A stretch of DNA of 42,907 nt, the filler included, from a candidate division NPL-UPA2 bacterium Unc8 (lineage in GTDB: Bacteria; NPL-UPA2), in assembly GCA_003574845.1 (NCBI GenBank). It is 2 parts of 2 records of this genome, joined end to end, with 100 filler letters (N's around TTAATTAATTAA, not from the genome) between each part and the next. Parts side by side here need not be neighbours in the genome. Positions count along the whole stretch, not along the records: positions 12,823 to 42,907 come from NDHY01000009.1; 1 more part is not named here. One strand, written 5' to 3'. Numbering within the stretch: the first letter of the stretch is position 1; each line of letters opens with the position of its first letter. A program made the translations under genes and the position numbers. Below the pieces are notes generated by a model. The model was given only the letters and a program-made list of their open reading frames with translations. It was not told the DNA's origin and made no database searches. Shown here piece after piece: positions 17,703-27,070 of the stretch.

Positions 17703-18187
17703 TTAATAGTTTTCCTCTGGCTGGCTCCAATTCTCTCAAGGAGACTTTGCGTTGAATGCTTATTAACCTCTGAAGCAATTATTACCTCTCCACCGACTTT
17801 CTTCATTGCTTTTCTTTCTGCTATTTCCTTACTCTTGTAATCTCCGCCCTTCACTAAAATATGAGGTTGCAATAAATTAATTAGCTCCTCAGTGGTATCT
17901 TCAGGAAATATAATTACATAGTCAACGAAATAAAAAGAAGAGAGGATTTCTGCTCTCTCTTCCTGAGGGACAACCGGCCTGCTGTTTCCTTTAAGTTTCC
18001 TCGTGGAACTGTCGCTATTCACGGCTACAATCAGTATGTCTCCTTTTCCTCTTGCTTCTCTCAGATAGCGAATATGCCCAATGTGGATAAGGTCAAAGCA
18101 TCCATTGGTAAAAACTACTTTTTTCCCGACTTTTTTTTCATATTTAATAATTCCTGCCAATTCACCTCTCGCAACGACTCTACCCAT
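17699..18187 (-). CDS. rfaE2: D-glycero-beta-D-manno-heptose 1-phosphate adenylyltransferase
   Basis: FTNGCFDLIHIGH, NSD.S...LKG..RP, KGGDY. Confidence 0.94.
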   Translation of the reverse strand: MGRVVARGELAGIIKYEKKVGKKVVFTNGCFDLIHIGHIRYLREARGKGDILIVAVNSDSSTRKLKGNSRPVVPQEERAEILSSFYFVDYVIIFPEDTTEELINLLQPHILVKGGDYKSKEIAERKAMKKVGGEVIIASEVNKHSTQSLLERIGASQRKTIK

Positions 18188-18193
18188 CCCTTC

Positions 18194-18961
18194 TTAGCCT
18201 TCCTCTCTGTTAATCAGCATTATCCACACCAGACCAAGAGCGCCATCCCCTCTGATAAGAAGGGGCAGTCTGTATTTATCGTCGCTAAACCATATCTGAA
18301 CCTTGCTTCCCTCTTCAAAAAAGCTTCCCAATCCCACTCCTTCAGGGGTAGACTCAACAATAATTATATTTCTCCCGCGCCATTTTTTTCTCTCTAAAAT
18401 CTTAAACTCAACTTCTATGTTATATCGTCCCGTGCTAACATTCACGAAAATTGACTCCCCAACATTAAGCGGACCCATTCTCAGATAATAAAAGGTAGTA
18501 GAGAGTGCATCTCTGGCATCAGGAGTGATAGAAACAGAGCTGTGCATCACACCATTATGAAATCTTTCTGCTACCTCTTGCTCCCGGTCAAAGACAATAA
18601 GCCTGCTTCTTTTCTCATCTCTTATTTTTTCTGTGCTTCTGTAAGCAACCGGCAAGAGAGTGTCTTTATCAATTAATGATTCTGATATGTTTTCCAGCGG
18701 GTACAAAAGTGAAATAGGAAAGGAAGTGCGCGAGGTAGTAAGGAGAGAATAGACCTCCTGCCCCCGCCACTTCGTTTTTCCTGCTTCCATAGTTATGGTT
18801 CCTATCGGTATTCCAAAATGAATCCGAAAAGTAAGCTTTTCTCCTGCAGGAAATTCTCTCCTCTCACAGTGCGGTGGCGAGTTGGCATCGCAGGAAAGAG
18901 TAATCCCCTGAGAAGAAGCAATGACAAGAAATACCGCTACTCCAATCATCTTAATTTTCAT
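18194..18961 (-). CDS. DUF3108-like exported protein
   Basis: Signal peptide, GEKLTF, C-terminal IW.SDD...LP motif; lies in the LPS cluster. Confidence 0.7.
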   Translation of the reverse strand: MKIKMIGVAVFLVIASSQGITLSCDANSPPHCERREFPAGEKLTFRIHFGIPIGTITMEAGKTKWRGQEVYSLLTTSRTSFPISLLYPLENISESLIDKDTLLPVAYRSTEKIRDEKRSRLIVFDREQEVAERFHNGVMHSSVSITPDARDALSTTFYYLRMGPLNVGESIFVNVSTGRYNIEVEFKILERKKWRGRNIIIVESTPEGVGLGSFFEEGSKVQIWFSDDKYRLPLLIRGDGALGLVWIMLINREEG

Positions 18962-18989
18962 TAGTTATGAATTATATCATTGACTATTT

Positions 18990-20033
18990 TTATGTCAATA
19001 ATAAGCACAATTTTTCGGCTACTTCAGAAGCTGTTATTTCTCGGACGCAGGAGATATGGGAACAGCTCTTTTTCCAGCAAGAAAGACAGGGAAGGTCATT
19101 CTTAATAACAATATTTCCCTCTCCATAAGGACCATTTCTGATTGAATCGGTTGGACCATAGAGCCCGATAACCTTTTTTCCTAACGCTGCTGCCAGATGC
19201 AAGGGGCCGGTATCTGAGGCAACCAGCACTTCACACCTCTCAATAAGTGCAATAAGTTCCCCTAATGTAGTTGGAGGAGAGACAATTGGAGCTGAATCGG
19301 AAAGAACTTTAATTTTCTCTGCATACTTTCTTTCTCCTGGTCCATAGGTGATGATAACGGCTGTGTCAGCAAAATTTGCCTTAATTTCATCAGTTAGAAG
19401 AGCATACTTTTCTATTGGCCACCTCTTGGTCAGCCAGGCAGCTCCAGGGTGAAGAATAACTATTTTTCGTCTATTATCTACCTTTTTCTTTAAAAATGCA
19501 TCAATATACTTTTTCTCTGCCTCACCTGTTGTAATTCCAAAAGAAACCTCTTTTATTTCAGCTCCCAACCGCCGCGCAAAGTTAAGATTTTTATCAACAA
19601 TATGAGATGCTCTACCCTCACTTACTTTAAAATTCGTAAAAATGGTGCTCAGCCATTCTGTCCTGAAACTGCCTGCCTTAAAACCTAATCTTATCGGCGT
19701 CCGGCTCAGCCAGGCTAAAACTCCTCCCCTTATATCTCCCTGTAACTCAAGCAAGAGGTCATATTTATTTGCCCTTAATTTCCTGATAAGTTGAAGAAGA
19801 TGTTTAAGCATAGTTGGAATCGGCTCATTTTTTTTGAAGATGATTACTGAGTTTAAGGCAGGATGCCCATTTAATATATCTTCTAATTTATCATGAACAA
19901 GCCAGGATATGTAAGCGGCAGGAAATCTTTCTCTAAGAGCATTAAGAGTAGGCAGAGTATGGATAACATCACCCAATGAGCCAAGCTTAATAATGAGGAT
20001 TCGCTCAATTTTTTTTTTAGGTAAATCTTTCAG
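18990..20033 (-). CDS. LPS heptosyltransferase, GT9 family (probable CTG start at 20033)
   Basis: The frame stays open upstream of the ORF call and gives ILIIKLGSLGDVIH..P; also HPGA...KRWP, DTGPLHLAAA and LYGPT. AGAGGAG RBS 8 nt before the CTG. Confidence 0.9.
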   Translation of the reverse strand: MKDLPKKKIERILIIKLGSLGDVIHTLPTLNALRERFPAAYISWLVHDKLEDILNGHPALNSVIIFKKNEPIPTMLKHLLQLIRKLRANKYDLLLELQGDIRGGVLAWLSRTPIRLGFKAGSFRTEWLSTIFTNFKVSEGRASHIVDKNLNFARRLGAEIKEVSFGITTGEAEKKYIDAFLKKKVDNRRKIVILHPGAAWLTKRWPIEKYALLTDEIKANFADTAVIITYGPGERKYAEKIKVLSDSAPIVSPPTTLGELIALIERCEVLVASDTGPLHLAAALGKKVIGLYGPTDSIRNGPYGEGNIVIKNDLPCLSCWKKSCSHISCVREITASEVAEKLCLLLT

Positions 20034-20056
20034 AAATTCATCTCCTCTTTGCTCTT

Positions 20057-20536
20057 TTAGGCTTGATTTTTTTCTTTGAAGCAGGAATAATTTTCTTTAA
20101 TTAATGTTCTCCCGAACTCCCCTGCTCTTCTAATATCCCCTTCATCAGGTTTTCCTTTGTTAATTCCTCCGATAAGCTTAAATGGTCCATTTGTATCAAA
20201 TCCTTTACAGAAGAATTCTCCGACAATATCAAATCCCTTTTTTAATAATCTCTTTTTTAGTGACCTGTGCAGGAGCCATTTTACTATTATCCCTGAGGTT
20301 GAGAAAATAAATGCCTTTTTATTCTTTGAGTCGGGCAGCTTATCTACGAGACTCAGAAGAGTTCTGTGATGCCTCCAATAATAAATCCCAGAACCAAAGC
20401 CAATCAAATCATATTCCTGAATACTGTCCACCTCTTTTGGCTTTAGTAGTTCTGCTCCAAGAGCATTAGCTATTGAGGCGGCAATCTTTTCAGTATTACC
20501 ATGATGAATCGAAATGCATACTACCAATGCCTTCAT
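20057..20536 (-). CDS. Flavodoxin family protein (start ATG 20536)
   Basis: S.HHGNTEKIA, GFGSGIY, FSTSG, C.GFD, INKG.P. Confidence 0.85.
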   Translation of the reverse strand: MKALVVCISIHHGNTEKIAASIANALGAELLKPKEVDSIQEYDLIGFGSGIYYWRHHRTLLSLVDKLPDSKNKKAFIFSTSGIIVKWLLHRSLKKRLLKKGFDIVGEFFCKGFDTNGPFKLIGGINKGKPDEGDIRRAGEFGRTLIKENYSCFKEKNQA

Positions 20537-20549
20537 TTTCACTCTCAGG

Positions 20550-21197
20550 TTATAAAATTTTCTCGGCAAGCCTGCGGGCATTCTCTAAACTCATATCTAA
20601 TTCTTCTTTGCTCAACCCCGCTCCACAACCCATTTTCTCCATCATTTCAGGAGTCATTAAATCTAATAAAGAGTGGGCATCACTGCCAATGATAAGCCCT
20701 GCCGTTACCTCTCTGGCAATTCCTACAATATGTCCATTAGCGAGTGAGTGTCCCTTGCGGCACGATATTTCCAGAAAAATGTTTCTCTCTGCTGCAAGCT
20801 TCGCTTCTTCTAAGCTAATTAATCCGGGATGAGCAAGAATGTCTATTTCCGCCTTCAGTGCCATCCTGTTTGTTCCCGGAGGTACCGGCTCAACGATTGT
20901 CTCGCCATGAACAAGGACCAGTTTTGCTCCTAATTTCCGTGCTCTCTTTACTGCATCTGCAATTGATTCAGGAGGAATGTAGGTTAACTCTGCTCCGGGA
21001 ATTACCTTGATGCGCATAGTTTTATTTAATTCTGCACACACCTTCACAAGTTGAGGAATGACAATTTCAATATTTGAGATATCAATATGGTCAGTGATTC
21101 CCAATATTGTATATCCTTTATCCTCAAAACGTCGGGCAAGTTCTGAAGGTGCAAACGCCCCATCGCTCAAAAAAGAATGGCTATGCAAATTAATCAT
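20550..21197 (-). CDS. PHP-domain phosphoesterase (histidinol-phosphatase-like)
   Basis: LHSHS..SDG, ITDH, HGET, LAHPG, SDAH. Confidence 0.88.
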   Translation of the reverse strand: MINLHSHSFLSDGAFAPSELARRFEDKGYTILGITDHIDISNIEIVIPQLVKVCAELNKTMRIKVIPGAELTYIPPESIADAVKRARKLGAKLVLVHGETIVEPVPPGTNRMALKAEIDILAHPGLISLEEAKLAAERNIFLEISCRKGHSLANGHIVGIAREVTAGLIIGSDAHSLLDLMTPEMMEKMGCGAGLSKEELDMSLENARRLAEKIL

Positions 21198-21209
21198 TGA
21201 TTCTTCTCA

Positions 21210-21569
21210 TCAAGATAGCTCATTTTCTTCTAATCCAAAATGATGTCCAATTTCGTGCTCAAGAACGTCCTGAATGTTTTGCCTTGTCTCTGTTTCAGTC
21301 CTGGAAATTGCCTCAATTGATTTCTGGTAGATGATTATAGTATCAGGAAGAACATTTGCATATTCTCTTCCTCTATTTTTAAGTGGAACGCCTTTGTATA
21401 GCCCTAAAAGAAGATGCGAAGAAGCTATCTTTCGTTCACTGAGAACTTCTGCTGATGGAACATCTTCTACTATTATTTCAGAATTTTCTATTCTACTCAC
21501 AAATTCCAGCGGCAATTTATCTATTGCCTCTTCCACCAATTTTTTAAAATCTTCTCTTTCCAATTTCAC
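21210..21569 (-). CDS. Zincin-like metallopeptidase family protein
   Basis: LLGLY.GVPL, LPD.I.IY, HEIGHHFG. Confidence 0.85.
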   Translation of the reverse strand: MKLEREDFKKLVEEAIDKLPLEFVSRIENSEIIVEDVPSAEVLSERKIASSHLLLGLYKGVPLKNRGREYANVLPDTIIIYQKSIEAISRTETETRQNIQDVLEHEIGHHFGLEENELS

Positions 21570-21616
21570 AGCTAACTTATTGTAGTTACTTAAATTAAAT
21601 CCAACTTGTTAATAAA

Positions 21617-22036
21617 TCACTTTAACTGCTTTTGGCAGTCAAGGTAGCCTTGCAGTATCTCCTGCGCTGCTACTTTATGAATAATCTGCTTGCGCTTTGC
21701 CCGCGGGAGATTAGCTTCCAGTAAGTGTCTTTCAGCGGCAGAAGTCGTTAGTCGCTCATCCCATGTCTCCACCGGTAGTTTTACCTTACGGCAAAGTTTA
21801 GCAATAAATTCAATCACTTTTTTTGCTTGCTTTCCTTCCTTTCCGCTCATCTCAAGTGGAAGTCCGACTATTACTCTTTCAACTTGATATTCTCTTGCAA
21901 TCTCTCCCACTCTATTAAAATCCTTCGTTAGAGAAGACCGCTTAATTACTTCAAAAGCTTGAGCAATTAAATGAAGCTCATCACTCAAAGCAATTCCAAT
22001 AGTTTTATCCCCAACATCTAAGCCCAATATGCGCAT
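21617..22036 (-). CDS. yqgF: YqgF/RuvX family nuclease (start ATG 22036)
   Basis: ILGLDVG.K.IGIA.SD, VGLP, WDERLTT, AA..ILQ.YLD. Confidence 0.92.
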   Translation of the reverse strand: MRILGLDVGDKTIGIALSDELHLIAQAFEVIKRSSLTKDFNRVGEIAREYQVERVIVGLPLEMSGKEGKQAKKVIEFIAKLCRKVKLPVETWDERLTTSAAERHLLEANLPRAKRKQIIHKVAAQEILQGYLDCQKQLK

Positions 22037-22037
22037 T

Positions 22038-24725
22038 TTAGTCATTTCTCTTTGCATGCGAGACAACTATTTGCGGCACTTTTAAGAGGGCATCACTAAG
22101 TCGGGCGGTATTTTTTCCTCCAGCCTGCGCATAGTCAGGACGTCCACCGCCACTGCCACCGACAATACCGGCAACCTCTTTAATAATGTTACCGGCATGG
22201 AATCCTTCCTTAATCAAATTTTCAGTCACCCTCGCTACAAGGAAGGCCTTCTCTCCAACATCAGACCCCAATACAATAACACCTTTATTAACTTTTTTTC
22301 CTAAGACATCCACCATTGAACGAAGCTCTTCAGAAGTGGCTTCTTTAAATTGCGAAGAGATTATTTTTATATCATTGACAATCTTCGCCTCTTTTAGCAA
22401 CTTCTCAACCTCTTTTCTCATCTCCTTTTTTCTTGAGAGATTAATTTCCTTCTCAAGTGCTCTTATCTGCTTCAAGAGGCTTTCTACTTTATCCCGAACT
22501 TCCGTTGATGGACTTTTTAGTATCTGCCCCACCTCGCGCAACAACTGCGACTCATCTCTTAACATTTGCCATGCTGCCTTTCCGCTTACTGCTTCAATCC
22601 TCCTTGTTCCGGCAGCAATGGAGCTTTCACCAACAATGTGGAAAATTCCAATTTCACCTGTTGCTTTAACATGAGTTCCTCCGCATAACTCATAGCTGTA
22701 GTCTCCAATCTTCACCACTCGCACACTTTCCTCATATTTTTCTTCAAAAAGAGCAATTGCCCCCTCTGCTTTTGCATCCTTAAAAGTAGTATAATTAACA
22801 GCTATTTTTTTATTCTCTCTTATTTTCTTATTAATTATTTTTTCAATATAATTAAGCTGCCGTTCATCAATTTTCTTGAAGTGGTTAAAGTCAAATCGTA
22901 ATCTCTCGGGCGAAACAAAAGAGCCTAACTGAGTAATGTGTTCACCCAAGGTCTGTCGCAGGACATTTTGGAGGAGATGAGTGGCTGTATGATTGCAAGC
23001 CGCTGCCTGACGTGCCTCCTCATTAACCAGAGCATTAAATTGTTCCTGAAGACCGATTTTCCCCTGAACAACTATTCCTTGATGAATAATAATTCCATCT
23101 TTTTCACCGCTTTCTCTTGTGTCTATAACCTCTATTTTTGTTTCACCTCTACAAAGGATGCCCACGTCTCCCACCTGTCCGCCACTCTCAGGATAAAATG
23201 GAGTTTTATCCAGAATGATTTCTACTTTGTCTCCCTTTAAGGCAGATGATATTAATTTTCCTTCCCTGACAATTGCAAGCACCTTAACTCTGCATTCTAA
23301 TGTTTTATAGCCGAGGAATTCAGTGCTCTTAATCTTATTAAGCTTCTCTTTCTCAATTATCTCAAAAGTAGGGGCAGCCTTAGATTCTCTGTCAAGGCGA
23401 GCCCGCTCCTGCTGCTTCCGCACTTGTTCATTGAATTTGTCACGGTTTATTGTTAGGCTATTTTCCCGTGCTATTTCCTCGGTAAGATCTATCGGGAAGC
23501 CATAAGTATCATGCATCTTAAATGCCATCTCAACGGGGATTTCATTTTTTTTGCCTTTCTTTGATTCATCAATCACCTTGAGGAGAATTTCCATCCCCTG
23601 CTCGAGCGTGCGCAGGAACCTCTCTTCTTCGCTGAAAATGACCTGGGTAATGTACTCTCTGCGAGAAGTGAGCTCTGGATACACGCTCTTCATCAAATTA
23701 GCAACTATGACAGCGGAGGTATAAAGAAAAGGTTTGTCAAGAGAAAGCTTCTTTTGACCGAGCAATAAGTGAGCCTGGCGCACTGCCCTGCGAAGCAATC
23801 GGCGCAATACATAGCCTCTCCCATCATTTGCCGGTGAAACTCCATCGCCAATCAAAAACGTTGCTGCCCGCAGGTGGTCTGCCATTATCCATAGAGCAGC
23901 TCCCTCTGTTTTATCTTTCTTTGTGCCTTTGTGCCTTTGTGCCTTTGTGCCTATCTTTAGAGTCTCAGCAATAGAGTTAAGAATGGGCTTGAGGAGACTG
24001 CACTCAAAAATCACTTCACTTCCTTCCAATAGAAAGAGTGCTCTCTCCAGCCCCATGCCGGTATCAATGTTCTTTTGAGGCAGAGGGGTCAGGTTTCCAT
24101 TTGAAGTGCGGTTAAACTGAGTAAAAACAAGATTCCAGAGTTCAAGAAAACGGTCGCAGCCGCAGCCGGGACCGCAACTTTTTTGCCCGCATCCTTTTTC
24201 TTCCCCGCGGTCAAAAATAATTTCTGAACAGGGCCCGCAAGGGCCCGTTGGACCCATACTCCAGAAGTTGTCTTTTTCTCCGAGACGGACAATCTTTGTC
24301 TCAGGAATACCAATTTTTTTCCAGATAAGATACGCCTCATTATCGTCTCTAAAAACACTGACCCGGAGTTTCTCCTGTGGCAACCTCAAAACTGAAGTAA
24401 CAAACTCCCATGCCCAGGCAATAGCGTCATTCTTAAAATAATCGCCAAAGGAGAAGTTGCCAAGCATTTCAAGAAAAGTAAGATGACGGACTGTATAGCC
24501 AACATTTTCAATGTCAGTGGTACGAAAACATTTCTGGCAATTCGCTACACGAGGAATATCGCTCTTCTTACTACCCAAGAGGAAATGTTTGAACTGATTC
24601 ATTCCTGCCCCCGTAAAAAGTAGGGAGGGGTCATCTTCAGGAATGAGCGATGAACCTGCTACTATCCGATGTCCGCGCTCGGCAAAAAAGTCAAGAAAAC
24701 TTTTCCGTAACTCATCAGCATTCAT
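22038..24725 (-). CDS. alaS: Alanine--tRNA ligase
   Basis: AGMNQFK, EMLGNFSFGDYFK, DTGMGLER, HTATHLL, ELCGGTH, GGGR...AQAGG. Confidence 0.98.
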   Translation of the reverse strand: MNADELRKSFLDFFAERGHRIVAGSSLIPEDDPSLLFTGAGMNQFKHFLLGSKKSDIPRVANCQKCFRTTDIENVGYTVRHLTFLEMLGNFSFGDYFKNDAIAWAWEFVTSVLRLPQEKLRVSVFRDDNEAYLIWKKIGIPETKIVRLGEKDNFWSMGPTGPCGPCSEIIFDRGEEKGCGQKSCGPGCGCDRFLELWNLVFTQFNRTSNGNLTPLPQKNIDTGMGLERALFLLEGSEVIFECSLLKPILNSIAETLKIGTKAQRHKGTKKDKTEGAALWIMADHLRAATFLIGDGVSPANDGRGYVLRRLLRRAVRQAHLLLGQKKLSLDKPFLYTSAVIVANLMKSVYPELTSRREYITQVIFSEEERFLRTLEQGMEILLKVIDESKKGKKNEIPVEMAFKMHDTYGFPIDLTEEIARENSLTINRDKFNEQVRKQQERARLDRESKAAPTFEIIEKEKLNKIKSTEFLGYKTLECRVKVLAIVREGKLISSALKGDKVEIILDKTPFYPESGGQVGDVGILCRGETKIEVIDTRESGEKDGIIIHQGIVVQGKIGLQEQFNALVNEEARQAAACNHTATHLLQNVLRQTLGEHITQLGSFVSPERLRFDFNHFKKIDERQLNYIEKIINKKIRENKKIAVNYTTFKDAKAEGAIALFEEKYEESVRVVKIGDYSYELCGGTHVKATGEIGIFHIVGESSIAAGTRRIEAVSGKAAWQMLRDESQLLREVGQILKSPSTEVRDKVESLLKQIRALEKEINLSRKKEMRKEVEKLLKEAKIVNDIKIISSQFKEATSEELRSMVDVLGKKVNKGVIVLGSDVGEKAFLVARVTENLIKEGFHAGNIIKEVAGIVGGSGGGRPDYAQAGGKNTARLSDALLKVPQIVVSHAKRND

Positions 24726-24979
24726 TAATGGGTACAGCCTCCGGTTCTAACCCTGACGGCAAGTTCATTACGGTTGGCAAAAAGACCCATCAAAACCTCT
24801 TCAGTCCAATCAGGTGGTGGACCAGCTAAAAGAATTTCCACTTCCTCCATCGCCACGTTTCTTCTCTCGGCTTCTTCCAGCAGGACGCTCTTGTAACTGG
24901 AATGCAACATGTATATGTAGAAAGAAAGTCCCGCCAATGCGATAATAACCAGACTATAAATAAACGCTTTTCTCTTCAT
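24725..24979 (-). CDS. Hypothetical small membrane-anchored protein (start ATG 24979)
   Basis: GGAGG RBS, N-terminal hydrophobic helix, stop overlaps the alaS start. Confidence 0.6.
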   Translation of the reverse strand: MKRKAFIYSLVIIALAGLSFYIYMLHSSYKSVLLEEAERRNVAMEEVEILLAGPPPDWTEEVLMGLFANRNELAVRVRTGGCTH

Positions 24980-25013
24980 CGTCTTCCTCCGCATATTATT
25001 CAATTTTCAAATT

Positions 25014-25166
25014 AGATTGCTTCGTCGCTTGCGCTCCTCGCAATGACAAAGAGGGTGTCATTGCGAGTCCCTTCCTGTCATTGCGAGTCCCTTCCTGTCA
25101 TTGCGAGCCCCTTCTTGTCATTGCGAGCCCCTTCTTGTCATTGCGAGCCGAAGGCGAAGCAATCTC
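25014..25166. repeat. REP-like palindromic element with internal 20-bp tandem amplification
   Basis: Terminal inverted repeat AGATTGCTTCG/CGAAGCAATCT; CTCGCAATGACA followed by TGTCATTGCGAG at 25056, 25076, 25096, 25116 and 25136. Confidence 0.9.
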
Positions 25167-25464
25167 AACTTTGAAGTTCCTAAGCATCAAGTGCCGGTAT
25201 ATGCCTTACTCTGTTTTGTTTTCCTCCCACCACTTTCATTTTTTCCAGCAGGATAACAAAAAAACTCATAAGAAAACCATTTAGTAAAGTTACTGCCGTC
25301 GTCTTCTAATTTCCTGTAAGATGAAAAAGTTAAATCTTTACTGGCTGCATTTATGCGAATCTTTACCGACTTCACAATGTCTCCATTCCTTCACTCCTGA
25401 CCCACTGGCGGGAAGGCCCCGATGTAGATGCCTCCCAAACCTTTCAAAAACCTCGGTCAGACCC

Positions 25465-26559
25465 TTAACCGCCTCCGTTTCTCTTTTTCCTTATCTCATC
25501 TAACAAAGTATCCAGAAGCCTGTCTTCTGACACTGTCCTTATAACCTCACCCCCTTTAAATATTATCCCTTTTCCTTTAGCACCTGTTATCCCAAAATCC
25601 GCATCCCTCGCCTCGCCAGGACCATTTACAAGACACCCCATTACAGCTATCTTGATAGGTGATCGGTAATCCCTGCCCGCCGCTTCGCTTTGGCAGGCGG
25701 GGGTAATCGGTAATCGGTTTAACCTATCCCTGAGTATACTGGTAAGTTTCATCACATCAATGCTGCACCTTCCACAGGTAGGGCAGGATATTATCTCAAA
25801 ATCCTTTTTTCTCATCCCAACTGCAAATAATATCTCCTTTGCAACCCTTACCTCGTCCACAGATGGTGCAGTAAGTGAGACCCTTATCGTATCTCCTATT
25901 CCATCTGCAAGCAGTGAACCGATACCTATCGCCGATTTTATCGTTCCTTCAAAAGGAAGCCCCGCCTCTGTAACCCCAATATGGAGAGGGTATGAAAACT
26001 CCCTGGCTATCAGTCGGTAGGTCTCAATTGTAAATAAGGTATTAGAAGACTTGGCAGATATTACTATATCTGTAAAATCCATCTCCTCCAGAAGATGGAC
26101 ATTCCTTCTCACACTCTCTGTAAGTGCCATCGGGGTCTGACCATATCTTTTCTCTATCTCCTTTTCTATGGAGCCCGAATTCACCCCAACCCTTATAGGA
26201 ACAGTATGTTCTTTTGCAAGACTTACAACAGCTTCCAGCCTATCCTTCCCACCTATATTCCCCGGATTTATCCTTATCATATCCATTCCCTGCTCTATTG
26301 CAAAAAGTGCTATCTTGTAGTCAAAGTGCACATCAGCAACGAGTGGCAGTTTTATCTCTCTCTTTATCTCCTTTATGAGCTCCGCCGACTTTCGTGTAGG
26401 AAGGGCAATCCTTACAATATCACAACCCTCCCGCTCAAGCTCCCTAATCTCATCTATAACCCTCTCTCTGTCCTCTATGGGAGACTTCACCATAGACTGG
26501 ATGGATACATCCGCACCCCCGCCAATCTTTACATTACCAACTTTTATCTGTTTAGTCAT
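25465..26559 (-). CDS. ispG: 4-hydroxy-3-methylbut-2-en-1-yl diphosphate synthase
   Basis: IQSM, AD.HF, RINPGN, GVNSGS, GDTIRVSL, SCPTCGR, MGC.VNGPGE. Confidence 0.97.
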   Translation of the reverse strand: MTKQIKVGNVKIGGGADVSIQSMVKSPIEDRERVIDEIRELEREGCDIVRIALPTRKSAELIKEIKREIKLPLVADVHFDYKIALFAIEQGMDMIRINPGNIGGKDRLEAVVSLAKEHTVPIRVGVNSGSIEKEIEKRYGQTPMALTESVRRNVHLLEEMDFTDIVISAKSSNTLFTIETYRLIAREFSYPLHIGVTEAGLPFEGTIKSAIGIGSLLADGIGDTIRVSLTAPSVDEVRVAKEILFAVGMRKKDFEIISCPTCGRCSIDVMKLTSILRDRLNRLPITPACQSEAAGRDYRSPIKIAVMGCLVNGPGEARDADFGITGAKGKGIIFKGGEVIRTVSEDRLLDTLLDEIRKKRNGGG

Positions 26560-26578
26560 CTCACTTCTCTCTACTCTC

Positions 26579-27055
26579 TCACTTCGTGAGTTTTTCTATC
26601 GCCTGAGATATAACTTCTATGGAAAATCCTCTTCTTCTTAGATAGGAGTAAAGGCGGCGATTACAGGTTAAAGAGTCAAGGTTTCTATAGCTCTTCAATC
26701 TATTATGCGCCAGAGTAAGAGCGAGGTTTTCTTCACTTCTTTCTGCAAAAATACTCTCACATACCTCAGTAATAATCTCAGTTGCAATTCCTTTTTGCCA
26801 TAGCTCTTGAGAAAGAAGTTTTTTTCCTATCGGTTTGCGGTAAGTGCGTGCTTGCGCCCATAAGCGGGCAAATGCCCTGTCATCAATAAGATTTAGCTCT
26901 TTTAGATGCTGCACCACCACCTTAATAACCGCATTTTTATATCCTTTTAGTTTTAGTCTATCAGATAGCTCCTTGCAGCTTCGTTGACGATAGGTAAGAA
27001 AACGAAGCGCACACTCCTTTGCTTTTCTTTCTTCCTCAGAGGTAATCGCTGTCAA
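26579..27055 (-). CDS. recX: Regulatory protein RecX
   Basis: ALRFL.YR.RS..EL..RL..KG, IDD..FA, L..KGI, YL.RRGF. Confidence 0.9.
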   Translation of the reverse strand: MTAITSEEERKAKECALRFLTYRQRSCKELSDRLKLKGYKNAVIKVVVQHLKELNLIDDRAFARLWAQARTYRKPIGKKLLSQELWQKGIATEIITEVCESIFAERSEENLALTLAHNRLKSYRNLDSLTCNRRLYSYLRRRGFSIEVISQAIEKLTK

Positions 27056-27070
27056 TTCCTATTTCGCCCT

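Noticed and set aside
25056-25149. Possible CRISPR array
   Set aside because: The period is only 20 bp, the intervening 8-mers are near-identical rather than unique spacers, and no cas genes are present. It is a tandem amplification inside a palindromic element.
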